DNA of 21,292 bases. It comes from Macrostomum lignano. Lineage: Eukaryota. The DNA lies in NCBI GenBank assembly GCA_002269645.1, contig NIVC01000182.1, forward strand, positions 1 to 21,292, given 5' to 3'. How positions within the stretch are numbered: the stretch's first letter is position 1; every line of letters begins with the position of its first letter. Below are positions 1 to 14,290 of this stretch, one piece after another. Made by a program: the position numbers and the translations under genes. The notes under the pieces are model-generated. The model ran no database searches, had not been told where the DNA came from, and saw only the letters and a list, made by a program, of their open reading frames with translations.

Positions 1-434
1 ATGCGTGCAGTTTCCATCATTAAAATTTTATTTGCATAAAATTAACAAAATACAGTTTTGTGAAGCGACAGCGAAGACGCATCCGTGAGTGGAATTTTGC
101 TTTTATGCAAATTTGTGAGCAGATACCGAGGTACACCAGTTCAGTACGCCCCCGAATGGAGCACTTGACTTAATAAGTTCCTAGAAAGTTTGCTGCTATG
201 GTAGCTAATTGATTTCTAGCAACTAAAACACTATTGAGTGCCCTGGCTACATCAATTAGAAAGCTTCTGGCATTTCAAATACGGCTAATTCAATTCCATG
301 CATGACGGATGAATGTTGCCATCATTTTAGAGTAACGCCTGGTAATTTCATTGGCTCGATAGCCCACGCAAAACAGAATGGATCTCTAGTCACTTATCCA
401 TATCTCTCAGACTAGCTTGCTGAAAGATCAAATA

Positions 435-1740
435 GCGGGGGTGCTTATTAAGTTCCGGAAAAGTTCATTCTGATGATCGCATCTGTGCGAAATTTTACCT
501 GCAGCAACTGCAGTCTATTATAACTTCTCAACATAATTTCCACCCAAATGGGAGCACTTCTGCAGGCGCTGGAACCATGCATCGGAAGCACGCCCTGAGA
601 TCAGCTTTGGTGAAGCTGTCCAGCTCAGATTGCGCAGCGCAAACAACCAGCTTCCCTCGAGACGAAGCGCTTCCCCTTCAGATTTTTCTTCATCCTGGAC
701 AGAGGAAGAAGTCAGCAGTCGCCAGTCGCGGCGAATATGCCGGATGCAGCAGCTGACTAGCTGGTCGCCTGAAGGAACTCCTGGGTCACTCGTGCCCGGT
801 GCGCGGGAGCGTTGTCCTGATGGAGGAAGATGCCTTTGTCGAGCGTCTTCGGCCGCTGCTGTGCGAGCACCTGCAGAACCTGAGGCAAGTAGACGGTGCT
901 GTACCATTCTGCCGTCACTGTGGCGCCTTGCTGCAGCAGCACTGGCGGCAGGATGCCGCTGCGTCGGAAGAAAATGGCCGCCATCACTTTTCCGACGCTG
1001 CGCTCGCGACGAAATTTGAGAGGAGCATCTTCCTCGTTTGTAACCCACTGCCGACTCTGTTCTTTGGTCTCTGGTCATAGAAGTAGACCCAGGTTTCGTC
1101 ACCAGTGAGGATGTTATCCACCAACTTTGCGCGGCCTCCGTCAAACCTGGCCGCCATGAGGTCGGCGAACTCAACTCGGGCTCGCATCTGGTCAGCGCTG
1201 AGCTGGTGGGCACCCAGCGAGCGGACAGCTTCCTCATGCCGAGGTGCTGGTGCAGGATCTTAATGATGGTGGAATTCGATACCCCGAAGAGCTGCTCCAA
1301 TCAGCAAATCGTCACTCGCCGATCTTCGTCCACGTGGCGTCGAACAGAAGCAACGACTCCGTCGGACACGGCCGAACTCGCCGCCCCTCGCGAGGATCGC
1401 CGTCAAGAGTGGCCGAGCCGCAGCGCGCAAACCACTCATACACCATCGACTGGGATGGCGCTTGATCCCGAAGAGCCTCACGCAGCGTCTGGAGGCAGGC
1501 GGCCGCAGACCTGCCCAGCCGAAACTGGACCTGCATCGCCACTCGCCTGTCGCATTCAGTCAGCTGCGGCAGGGGGACACGTTTTCAGCCAAACTTTGGC
1601 CACTGCGGCAGAACATTGCGACCGATTGAGCTTGAATTTTACAAGCAAACGTAGAACATCCAACCCTAACTGCTGGTTAGGTTTCATTTGATTGGCGCAT
1701 TTTTAAGCTGCATTTTCCGGGAACTTAAAAGCACCCCTCG
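435..1740 (-). mobile_element. Mariner (Tc1/mariner, DD34D) DNA transposon, decayed, about 1.3 kb
   Basis: Imperfect ~28-bp TIRs: left gcgggggtgcttattaagttccggaaaa (435-462); right, reverse-complemented, cgaggggtgcttttaagttcccggaaaa (ends 1740). TA flanks at 433-434 and 1741-1742. Encloses transposase fragments. Confidence 0.93.
518..1575 (-). pseudogene. Mariner transposase pseudogene (frameshifts and stops)
   Basis: Motifs spread over several frames: N-terminal HTH (VQFRLGRSAAACLQTLREAL..SMVYEWFAR), RKLSARWVP, ILTGDETWVYFYD (1st D), FLHQDNAPAH (2nd D), HPAYSPRLATADFF (3rd D), C-terminal GGNYVEKL*. Start position uncertain. Confidence 0.92.
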
Positions 1741-1808
1741 TATTAATGCATTGGATGGAATGCGGAGGCCGGAGGCTCTTTTTAAATTGCTAACACATTA
1801 AATAAGCA

Positions 1809-2082
<274 letters not shown>

Positions 2083-2468
2083 GCTGAAATGATTTTTAAC
2101 GCAAAAGGCCGGTTTGAGTCTTAATAGGCATCGCACAAAACAGCAGTGAAAAAGATTAATTTTAAACTCTGTGTATTTTTGAGTCATTCTCCTTCACAAT
2201 TGGTATTAGCGTTGTGAAAAATATTGTTCAAAACAAAATACAATCTGAAACTCCGGTCAGGAACAAAGCTACTGACAGATTAATCCATCTGGTTTCAATG
2301 CTGGCCTGTCTGTCAGTGCAAGAATAATCGATTAAAAGATGCCAGCAGTGAGACAGCAGAGCAAAAGGATAAACTGCTGGGACTACAGGGTCACAGCAGT
2401 GTCCAGCTAATTCCATGTCTAGCAGTGAAAGCGCAGATAAGCGGGGTCTAGAAACGGGATTAAGGCAC

Positions 2469-2470
<2 letters not shown>

Positions 2471-2558
<88 letters not shown>
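2471..2558. repeat. (CT)n microsatellite
   Basis: Pure CT run of 88 bp. Confidence 0.99.
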
Positions 2559-2560
<2 letters not shown>

Positions 2561-2672
2561 TTGTCAGATTATTAAAGCTTTACATTTAAACAAAATAAGG
2601 CAGCGTCTTAGAAAGCAGATTTCATAGTCATTAAATTTTGTGTTAAACAAACTTGAAGCTCAAAGCGCTTTT

Positions 2673-2735
2673 GATTTATGATATGATTTGATTTATGATA
2701 TGATTTGATTTATGATATGATTTGATTTATGATTT
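2673..2735. repeat. 17-bp tandem repeat (GATTTATGATATGATTT), about 3.6 copies
   Basis: Units start at 2673, 2690, 2707 and 2724. Confidence 0.95.
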
Positions 2736-2812
2736 CTGATATGAAATGAAAAGGAAGTTCAGCATGACGATAAATTAGACATTAGAAAGATTAAATAGCG
2801 ATTGACAAAGAT

Positions 2813-3100
2813 TGATAGTGTCTGATAGAGACTGATAGAGATCGATAGAGTCTGATAGAGACTGATAGAGACTGATAGAGTCTGATAGAGACTGATAGAG
2901 TCTGATAGAGTCTGATAGAGTCTGATAGAGTCTGATAGAGATCGATAGAGACTGATAAAGAGTGATAGAGACTGATAGAGTCTGATAGAGACTGATAGAG
3001 ACTGATAGAGACTGATAGAGTCTGATAGAGACTGATAGAGACTGATAGAGTCTGATAGAGACTGATAGAGACTGATAGAGACTGATAGAGTCTGACAGAG
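2813..3100. repeat. 10-bp minisatellite (WCTGATAGAG), about 28 copies
   Basis: Variants TCTGATAGAG, ACTGATAGAG and ATCGATAGAG in exact 10-bp register. Confidence 0.98.
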
Positions 3101-3705
3101 ACCGTCAAAAATGATATTATAGTAGCAGTGAAAAACTCAGTGACAAAAAAGGTGTGCGATGACGTAATGAGTAAAATCACAATTTAAGCATCGCAGAGCG
3201 GGACGGCAAAGCGCAGGGTGGGTGAAGGAGTTCATTCCTCAAGCCCGTGACACCAGTTGGTTGGTGGCAGCAAGTGATTTACAACAAATACTCGTCATTG
3301 GAGACTGCGGCTGAGATGGCCGGCAGAAATAAAAATACGCGCAGCTCAATAACCCAACCAACGGTTGTCCAGTTTCGGGAGTTTTTTTAAATTCGATTTT
3401 TTGGATGCGAAATTGTGCAGAATCCCTCTACCAGCAAAAACTTTGTAAGAAAACAAAATCGATCCAATTTCTGTCTTCGATTACTGGGTGTCCTTTTTAA
3501 TCCGAATGCACAATTTTCAATTCGTCACGTGGTTGGAAACTTTCTACCCCTGAAGCAAATTTAGTTTCGATACATATCGGTTCCAAAACACAAGAAAAGC
3601 AATTTTATCGACACATATCGGCGCTGATCGATGCCGCTTAGAGGAGGGGAGGCGCCAGAAGCCACACTTCAAGTTTCATTTAAGCTCCTTAGCGACAACG
3701 CAAAG

Positions 3706-3711
3706 TTTATT
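3706..3711 (-). terminator. Putative polyadenylation signal AATAAA of the DYRK gene
   Basis: TTTATT on + (AATAAA on -) about 35 bp downstream of the TGA at 3745-3747. Confidence 0.5.
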
Positions 3712-3744
3712 TTCAAAACATATCGGCTGACCAGCACATTGGCG

Positions 3745-7039
<3,295 letters not shown>

Positions 7040-8151
7040 CTGGCCAGCAAAGCGAGTGCATTGACATGTGTTGGTTGGAAATGAGTTCATTAAAAAACTA
7101 CACCATAATAAAGTACTAATGAGGTTTTAGAATGTTATAAAATAAATAAGGAAAAAGCACTCTTACAATCTTAGCTAGGCTAAAATAAATAATAAATGAC
7201 ATATCTGTATCTATCTCCTAACACACTATATGAAATTACAGACTGTTGGTATTATAATGGGCCATGCAGAAATTTTATGCCTCTTATTCGCATAATAACT
7301 TTCGAGATTTTCAAAATCATATAATTTTCACTAGTTGAAAAACACAAATATAGTATGAAAAGCTAAAAGCCATTATGTCTCAATCATTTGTGGAATTTAT
7401 TTTTTGTTTACCCATCCAAATAAAATTTAATAACTAAATTTTAAACTGAATTTATCTTATAACTAAGCTACTACTGCGATAGTCAGTCTCACTACAGCTA
7501 TGGTATTAAGTTGTCTTATAGATCAAATATTTTGTATCTATTACATTTTTTGAAACGTGAATACGAGCTAAAAAAGACCAATCACTTGTCATAATTGTTT
7601 AGAACTTTAAATACTATTCATTTTGAATTAAAAAATTTGACAGTTTAAAAAAGTAAAGTAATTTTGCAGTATTTCATATAGTAAAGTGAACTGTTTCTAT
7701 AAATTCTAACACACAATTTAGGTAATTGGTATGTGTCCTAGCTAGATACGAGTGCTCCTACAATATTCTTTATCTATATCGTACATAGATTTTAGTACAT
7801 AGGAAGCAAGATAGGGCAGACGGGAAGATATTGCAAGATTTTATTTAGCAGTTCTAGATTAACAGATACGAGCTAGAATTTATATCTAAGAAGAATCAGG
7901 TAAAGTTTTAAAGGATCATATATTATTTTCACAAATGGTATGCTGCGAAAATGTATGTTGGCAACCAAAATTAAACTGCCGCTAAGCGCAATTCAAGTCT
8001 GAAATGCTATAATCAGTTAAAATGCAGAAGTTATTTCGTTTTTTTCTTTTTGATGTCGAGAAACAAAAAAGTTTTCATTGATTCCAGCTTTCATGAAGTA
8101 AAAATTTGTTTTACCTTTGATAACTTCAAATTCCTTTTGACGGATTTTTAC

Positions 8152-8188
8152 CTGGTGTTTCATTGTACGGTTTGCGTTTGGAGTACAT
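8152..8188 (-). CDS. DYRK2: Probable first coding mini-exon of the DYRK gene (MYSKRKPYNETP)
   Basis: ATG at 8188-8186, 37 nt, donor CAG|GTAAAA; phase 1 matches the acceptor CAG|CT at 7040/7039. Resembles the MLTRKP start of vertebrate DYRK2. Confidence 0.6.
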
Positions 8189-9712
8189 CGATTCTGAATG
8201 CAGTTTTTAGTCTTAATATTCGATTGATTTCGATTGAATGGCGGTTGGGGAAGAAAATTAAAATTATTTTTCTGCTCTAATAATAAGCTTAATTGGAACT
8301 TAAGTTAGCTTTTAATTTTAACGATCCTTTATTTACTACATGGTCTTCTGATCTTTTCCGATAGAAGTCCTGATCCAAGCTCTTAGTTGTATTTTGCTAA
8401 TTAGTTTTTTTGAAAGTTTCAGCACAAATAAAAAATAATATATTGACTAGCAGATTTCCTTCATCTATTAATTACTCCATATAAATCGTTTGAACATGCA
8501 TGGTCTAATTCGACCTAAGCGCGTGACAATATTATTAAAATTTTAACGTTTGATTAATTGCCACCTTCTATTCAATAAAATTCAATTCAATGCGCGCTGT
8601 CAATTGCTAATGCGATGCAATTAATGCGATGCATGATTGTCGATGGTGCCCATACTCGCATTGGAATATAAGCACTGGTAGTAATATGTAGCTGTATTAG
8701 CTTTAATTATAATATTTGCACTTAGAACTATAGCTTAGAAGGTTAAATAACTCACAAAACTCGACAATTATTATAATTATATACACGCACCTTATAAATC
8801 TTTTACGATAGATAATTTTCGCTTCAAAGAGAATAATATTTGTTTGCATAGCACTTTGCGTTTAATGTTAGATAAGTAAAAAACTTCACGATTGCTTAAA
8901 ACATGTTCATTAGTAAAATGGCCCTTATTAAAGGCCCCTTGTCACGACACAAATAGAACTTAAGTCAGCTGCACTCGTAAATGTAAGTGTTTACAAGTGT
9001 TTACAAGTGTTTACATGTAATCGTTTTGTCCGAGGTTGATGCTCGAGTTGATCGAAATAATTTAAAAAGCCTTACTATAGACGACCATGCAGCAAAATCC
9101 ATATTATACAATATACTATCTATAAATACTATTGTCTACTACCCCTATCTGATTACATACAGCAGGTACAGCTGGCCTGTTTGATAATCCATGCAAATTT
9201 GCATGTGATGATTCCGCAGATGAGTTATTTCTATGGTTTGTCTAAATATATGTCTCAACTTAGAAACCTGGCTAATCGAGAGCTGCGTTATAACAATCAC
9301 ATAGACTAATTCTCCCACTCAGATTATTATGAACCTCATCGCGCGATTGATAAAAACAATAGCTTAAAATCTATTTTTGAAACGTAAAGCGCAGACTCCC
9401 TAATTGATATTTGTATTTGAAATTCGAGTAAATTCTCACGCAGATAAACAATACGGTACCTTGAGCCCCCTGCACGCTTTTGAGGTAAGTCTTTGCAGAT
9501 CTAATCTGTTGTAATTATTATTCTTGGTCATTTCTTTTCTCTCCTCTCTTCCCCCGTGCCCTGCAGTTAGCTAAGAAACCCCGCTTATCAAAACGGAATT
9601 GTCTAAATCAAAACGCCTTGGAAGTTTTCTGCTTTCAAATTTTCTGTAGAAGTTCCAACTAAAAGTCCGTCGCTCTACCGTGATTGATAACTGAAACGCG
9701 CACAAACAAGAC

Positions 9713-10063
9713 TGAAGTGACGTTTCGTTGGTTTGTTAGCATGGGTAACTGTGTTCGGTTTGTTGCTTAGCTTTATTCAATTAGACTTTATTCTGCTAAC
9801 TTAGTCACTTAACTTCATTCAATTCCAAACTTCTATGTACTCTGTAAACCAATGCGTACTCTGCGCAATTCAGTGTACATCATTGCGCTAGCCTTGCCTC
9901 GCCTTAAGTCTCTCCACTTACTCAGCCATGTAATGCACCAGTTCAATATTCACAATATTCAAGTGTTTCGTCAAGCAACTTAGACTACTCTACTACTGCA
10001 AATATATCGCAAGAATTTATACTCGCTTAAACAACATTCGATTCCTGACTTTCGCGTCACGCA
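9713..10063 (+). repeat. 5' LTR (351 bp)
   Basis: Starts TG and ends CA; matches 13691-13939 and 20347-20697. Confidence 0.95.
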
Positions 10064-10064
10064 A

Positions 10065-10080
10065 TGGCGTCGCAAGCAGG
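10065..10080 (+). promoter_or_regulatory. Primer-binding site (TGGCGTCGCAAGCAGG)
   Basis: TGG 1 nt after the LTR end, complementary to a tRNA 3' CCA. TGGCGTC fits a tRNA ending GACG-CCA (as tRNA-Asn does in some animals); primer identity not confirmed. Confidence 0.75.
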
Positions 10081-13000
10081 CGAAATTAGGAGTCAAGAAC
10101 TCAACCTCAACGATCCTGAACTCGCTGAGGCATGGATGCAGCAGCTCTCCGCCACGGCCCGCATTAAGAAACTTACGGACACGGACAAAGTGCGGGATAA
10201 AACTGACTTGTTCCTGTCCAAGGTTGGACTACAGGCGATCCGGACGCTCTCTCTGATGGCTGCACCAAAAAAGCTGGAGGCACTCAAATTTAGCGAAATC
10301 GAGACACTAGTAACAGCAACAATCCGGCCTAAGAAGAGGCTGGTCATCGCTGAGCGCACCAGATTTCTAAGCCTCAAACAAGAGCCAGGTGAATCGATCA
10401 GCACTTACTACCGTCGGCTTCGAGCAGCGGCGGCGCTCTGCGAATTCGAGGAACTTGGGGCCAAGCAGTCCAAGGAAAACGTCCTCATCGCAATGAGACT
10501 GATCGACGGCCTTGCCTCTCCCGAACACAAAAAGAGAATTTTGGAGCAGCTTCAAGGCGAAGAAAAACTTCTTGACGATATTCTGCAAAACCTGCAGCAG
10601 CTCGAGCAAATTCAACAATACAACAAAGGCACGACCAACAGCGCTTCATCAGGCGCGCCCGTCCCCCTAGAGATCGCTTTTGCAGGGCAACCAAGAACAA
10701 CTGGTGCAGCAGCCAAGTCCCTGCCTATGCAGATTGACACGGGCGCCGAGGTGAGTCTACTTCCGCAAAATCTGTGGGTCAAGCTCGGCCGCCCTTCTCT
10801 CAGGAAGTGCAGGCGAACACTCAGGCAGTACGACGGATCCAGCATTTCCTGTCTAGGAGAATTCACTGCCTCCCTAGAAACCGACACCAACTTTGTCACA
10901 CTGGACTTAATCGTCACTGAGGCAAGCAAGCCACATGGACTGCTGGGAAGCTGCAAGGGCAAGGCTGCAAGGGGACGCTATTACAATCAACGCTGTCGGC
11001 CAGCTAGGATGTCTCAAAAACTTCAAAGCCAAGATTCGCCTTGTTGACGGAGCAAAACCGTTTTACTGCGCAGCTAGGCCCGTTCCCATTCACCTGCGAG
11101 ACAGGGTTAACCAGGAACTCAAGCGAATGGAGGCTGAGCAGATAATTGAACCTGTTCCAGCCGGAGGGAGCCAGTGGCCTCACCAATTGTCAGTGTGCTG
11201 AAACCTAACGGAAAGGTGCGCGTCTGTGCTGACTTCAAAGCAGGAGTTAATCATCAAGTGTGCAACGATACGTACCCGATGTCTGAGATGGAGACAATCT
11301 TCGCGGAGACCTCTGGAATGTCACACTTGTCCGAAATCGACCTCTCAGATGCTTATTTACAGATAGAGCTTGACGAAGACAGCAGAGAGATCACCACCAT
11401 CGCCACGACTTTGGGCCTCTATCGCTATAAGCGTCTCGTTCCAGCCCTCAAATCAGCATCATCTATCTTTCAAAAGGCAATGGAATCAGTCCTTGCCGAT
11501 ATCACCGGCAAGATAGTTTATCAGGATGACATTCTTCTCGACGGAAAATCTGACTCAGAGATCGACTCAAAGGTCTAAACTGTCATAGCTACCCTAAAGA
11601 AGGCAGGAATGTCAACCAACTTGGAAAAATCAACCCTCAATGCTAGGGAGGTCTCATTTCTCGGATACAGAGTCAGCGAGAGAGGAATTTCTCCTGATCC
11701 AAATCTAGTCGATCGGATCCGCGCCGTCAAGACTCCTGGAGACAAGAAGCAACTAGAATCTTTTCTTGGCCTTGCCAACTTTTTTGGTAGATTCATTCGC
11801 AACTACTCACAGATCATCGAGCCACTCAACCGGCTACGAGCCAAGAACGAAAAGTTCAGTTGGGGACCCGATCAGACTCAGGCCTTCGAGCGAATCAAGG
11901 CCATTCTTAGCAGCGCCAGTCCTACAGCCCTACGACAAAACTAAGGAGACGACTCTTACCACAGATGCCAGTGAGAGGGCCATCGCCGCTGTGCTCACCC
12001 AAAACGGCCACCCGGTTATATACCTTAGCAGACGGTTGAGCACCACGGAGTCGCACTATTCGAATATCGAAAGAGAGGCCCTCGCCATCGTTTGGGCGAA
12101 TGAACGCGCCAAGCAGTTCCTTCTCGGTGCCCGATTCACTCAACGGACAGATCATCGGCCTCTAGAGTTTCTCTTTGGAGCACGGCGGCAACTTCCAAAG
12201 GTGGCGAACGCTCGACTACTTCGCTGGGCGATCAAGCTAATGGCCTTCGATTTTGACACGATCTACACAAAAGGCGAGCACATTCCACATGCTGATGCTC
12301 TCTCTCGCCTTGAATGCGACGGTGAACTATCTGAATCAGAACCTGCTGCCTTGGAATGTCTGGTTCATTGGGCTGGCAGCCCGGTGATTCCATGGGAGGA
12401 GCTGCAAGCGGAGACCCAGCGCGATCGTCTACTCCAAGATATTGCTTAGCGAGTCGCATCAAGCAGATGGTCAGGATGCTCCCCAGCTGAGAGGCCGTAC
12501 AAGTCAGTTCGCTATGCGCTGGTGATAGACGACGGCATTCTCTGCTACGGCGATCGACCGCTGATTCCTGCGACACTCAGACAGCATAGCGCTGATTCTA
12601 GCGACACTCAGACAGTCTTGGATCAGGTACACAATGACTCGCATCAGTTAACCATGGAAACTCGCGCACTCATCCGCAACTCGGCCTGGTGGCCAGGATA
12701 TTGCACGGACGTGGAGCAGCACGTGCCCAACTGCCCCACCTGCACGCGAATTCGGCCCTCTGGCACAGTTACGGTACATCAGTGGCCGAAAGAAGACGAG
12801 ACGTGGCATCGCGTGCACATGGACCACGCCACAATCCCGAAAGTTGGACTGGTGCTCATTCTAGTCGATGCAATGTCGGGATGGCCTGAGGTCCTGAGAG
12901 TACCAAACCGCGATGCTGCGACTGTTAAGGCCGCTCTTCAGTCAGTATTTGCTAGAAACGGTGTCCCGCACGTCCTAGTTAGTGATAATGCCGCTGAGTA

Positions 13001-13679
13001 CTACGACGCTGGACTGCTGTCCTGGCTTGAGCGAACCGGCTGTCGAGCCCTCAAAACTCCTCCAAGGCATCCGCAATCGAACGGACTCGCGGAACGGATG
13101 GTCGGCTCGATCAAGAGGGCGTCGGCGGCCTGGGACCAAGCGTCGGAGCTGTATGACTCGTTCCTGTTCAGACTCCTACTCAATTACAGGTGCATTCCGC
13201 ACGCTGGTCGGGCCCAGAGTCCAGCACAGCTCATGGGACGGCAGCTGCCACGATGAAGACGCCAATTAGAGCCAACATCTGGTACGCACCGGGCGCAGGG
13301 CTCAAGCGCGAACCGGCCGAGTTTCTATGTCAGAAAGGGACGAACACGGCCATCATCGCCCGCCAAGGCGGTCGCACCGTCCTGGCGCATGCAGACCAGC
13401 TGAGTGAACGCATCGAGGCCGGAGCCGATGATCCGGCAACCTTCCGCGCCACGGACGAGTGTACGATGCTGCCAAAGCCGCAAACCAACTGCCAAGGTGA
13501 CGTGCGCAGCAGTGGCAGCGATGCCGCTACTGCGGCCGCTGAGGACGGCGAAATTACCGGACTGCAGGGCGGGGAGGCCACCGAGTTGCATCGGCCGCAG
13601 CCTGCCGCCGGCCCCTCGCCGGTGAAGCTGCCTCGCTATCCGATTCGTTCTACAAGGGGCCTGCCGCCAGCTCGATTCC

Positions 13680-13690
13680 AAGGGGGGAGA
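13680..13690 (+). promoter_or_regulatory. Polypurine tract AAGGGGGGAGA
   Basis: Directly abuts the TG start of the 3' LTR. Confidence 0.9.
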
Positions 13691-13939
13691 TGAAGTGACG
13701 GTTCGTTGGTTAGTTAGCATGGGTAACTGTGTTCGGTTTGTTGCTTAGCTTTATTCAATTAGACTTTATTCAGCTAACTTACTCACTTCATTCAATTCCA
13801 AACTTCTATGTACTCTGTAAACCAATGCAACCAATGCAATGCAACCAATGCAACTTAGACTGTTCTACTACTGCAAATATATCGCAAGAATTTATACTCG
13901 CTTAAACAACATTCGATTCCTGACTTTCGCGTCACGTCA
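13691..13939 (+). repeat. 3' LTR (249 bp, internally deleted)
   Basis: Same as the 5' LTR except a 121-bp deletion replaced by 23 bp, a 5-bp deletion, a 1-bp indel and several substitutions. Confidence 0.95.
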
Positions 13940-14290
13940 AAGATGAAGGTTAGCTGATGCAGAAGTTATAAGAAACTCGCCTATATCTACTGCAAAGCGA
14001 ACAGAACGTTAACTGCGTCTCGTCCACACTTTTGTTCAAAGTTCTCCTTGGTTCATCGAGCCAGTTGAAACCGCCTGTGCCTGCCCCTGGAAAAGTGAGC
14101 AGAGGCGAGGCCAGCTTCTCTAGAAATCCTTATAATAATATTGGCGACGCGGCCCGGGCTTACCTATTGGAGTGAAAACTCCATATCAACTGTAGATCTT
14201 CTCGACATTCTTAATAATCTCTGGCTACCTCTCAGTCTTCTCTCCCTTTTTACTTCGATAGAGCGATAGAAATCGACTCATAAAACAATC

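Larger units (their letters stand above)
8645..10649 (+). repeat. Segmental duplication, copy 1 (homologous to 19285-21292)
   Basis: Homology starts at GGTGCC(C/T)ATACTC(G/T)CATTGGAATATA (8645 vs 19285) and continues through the LTR and gag to the window end; offset about 10.63-10.64 kb. Confidence 0.97.
10064..13693 (+). pseudogene. gag-pol polyprotein pseudogene
   Basis: Gag (LVIAERTRFLSLKQEPGESI), protease (MQIDTGAEVS), RT (ASPIVSVLK, IDLSDAYLQ, VYQDDILL), RNase H (TTDASE, YSNIEREAL, TDHRPL, HADALSRL), integrase (H..H..CPTC, VHMDH, VLVSDNA, SNGLAERM). Broken by frameshifts and in-frame stops near 11577 and 12447. Confidence 0.95.
9713..13939 (+). mobile_element. Ty3/gypsy LTR retrotransposon (Mag-clade-like), degenerate, both LTRs present
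   Basis: LTRs 9713-10063 and 13691-13939 with TGAAGTGACG...CGTCACG(T)CA termini; 5-bp TSD AAGAC (9708-9712) / AAGAT (13940-13944); PBS after the 5' LTR; PPT before the 3' LTR; domain order gag-PR-RT-RH-INT. Clade call is from sequence resemblance only. Confidence 0.96.

Noticed and set aside
30-112. 12-bp inverted repeat ATTTGCATAAAA / TTTTATGCAAAT with octamer motifs
   Set aside because: Short and AT-rich, with no TSD or other element features; plausibly chance.
150-190. Sequence resembling the mariner left TIR (CTTAATAAGTTCCTAGAAAGTT)
   Set aside because: About 4 mismatches in 22 nt, no partner TIR or TA junction; cannot support a second element.
470-520. Hammerhead-like core CTGATGA...GAAA
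   Set aside because: Stem II closes on a T-C mismatch and stems I and III cannot be formed; it lies in the mariner 3' end.
3482-3500. TACTGGGTGTCC, similar to Tc1-type TIR starts
   Set aside because: No reverse-complement partner seen in the window.
7040-7067. ATG at 7067 as the DYRK start
   Set aside because: Possible, but the in-phase upstream mini-exon with a DYRK2-like N-terminus fits better; kept as an alternative.
8105-8151. Alternative donor CAAAG|GTAAAA near 8113 extending DYRK exon 1
   Set aside because: The extension meets an in-frame TGA before the donor.
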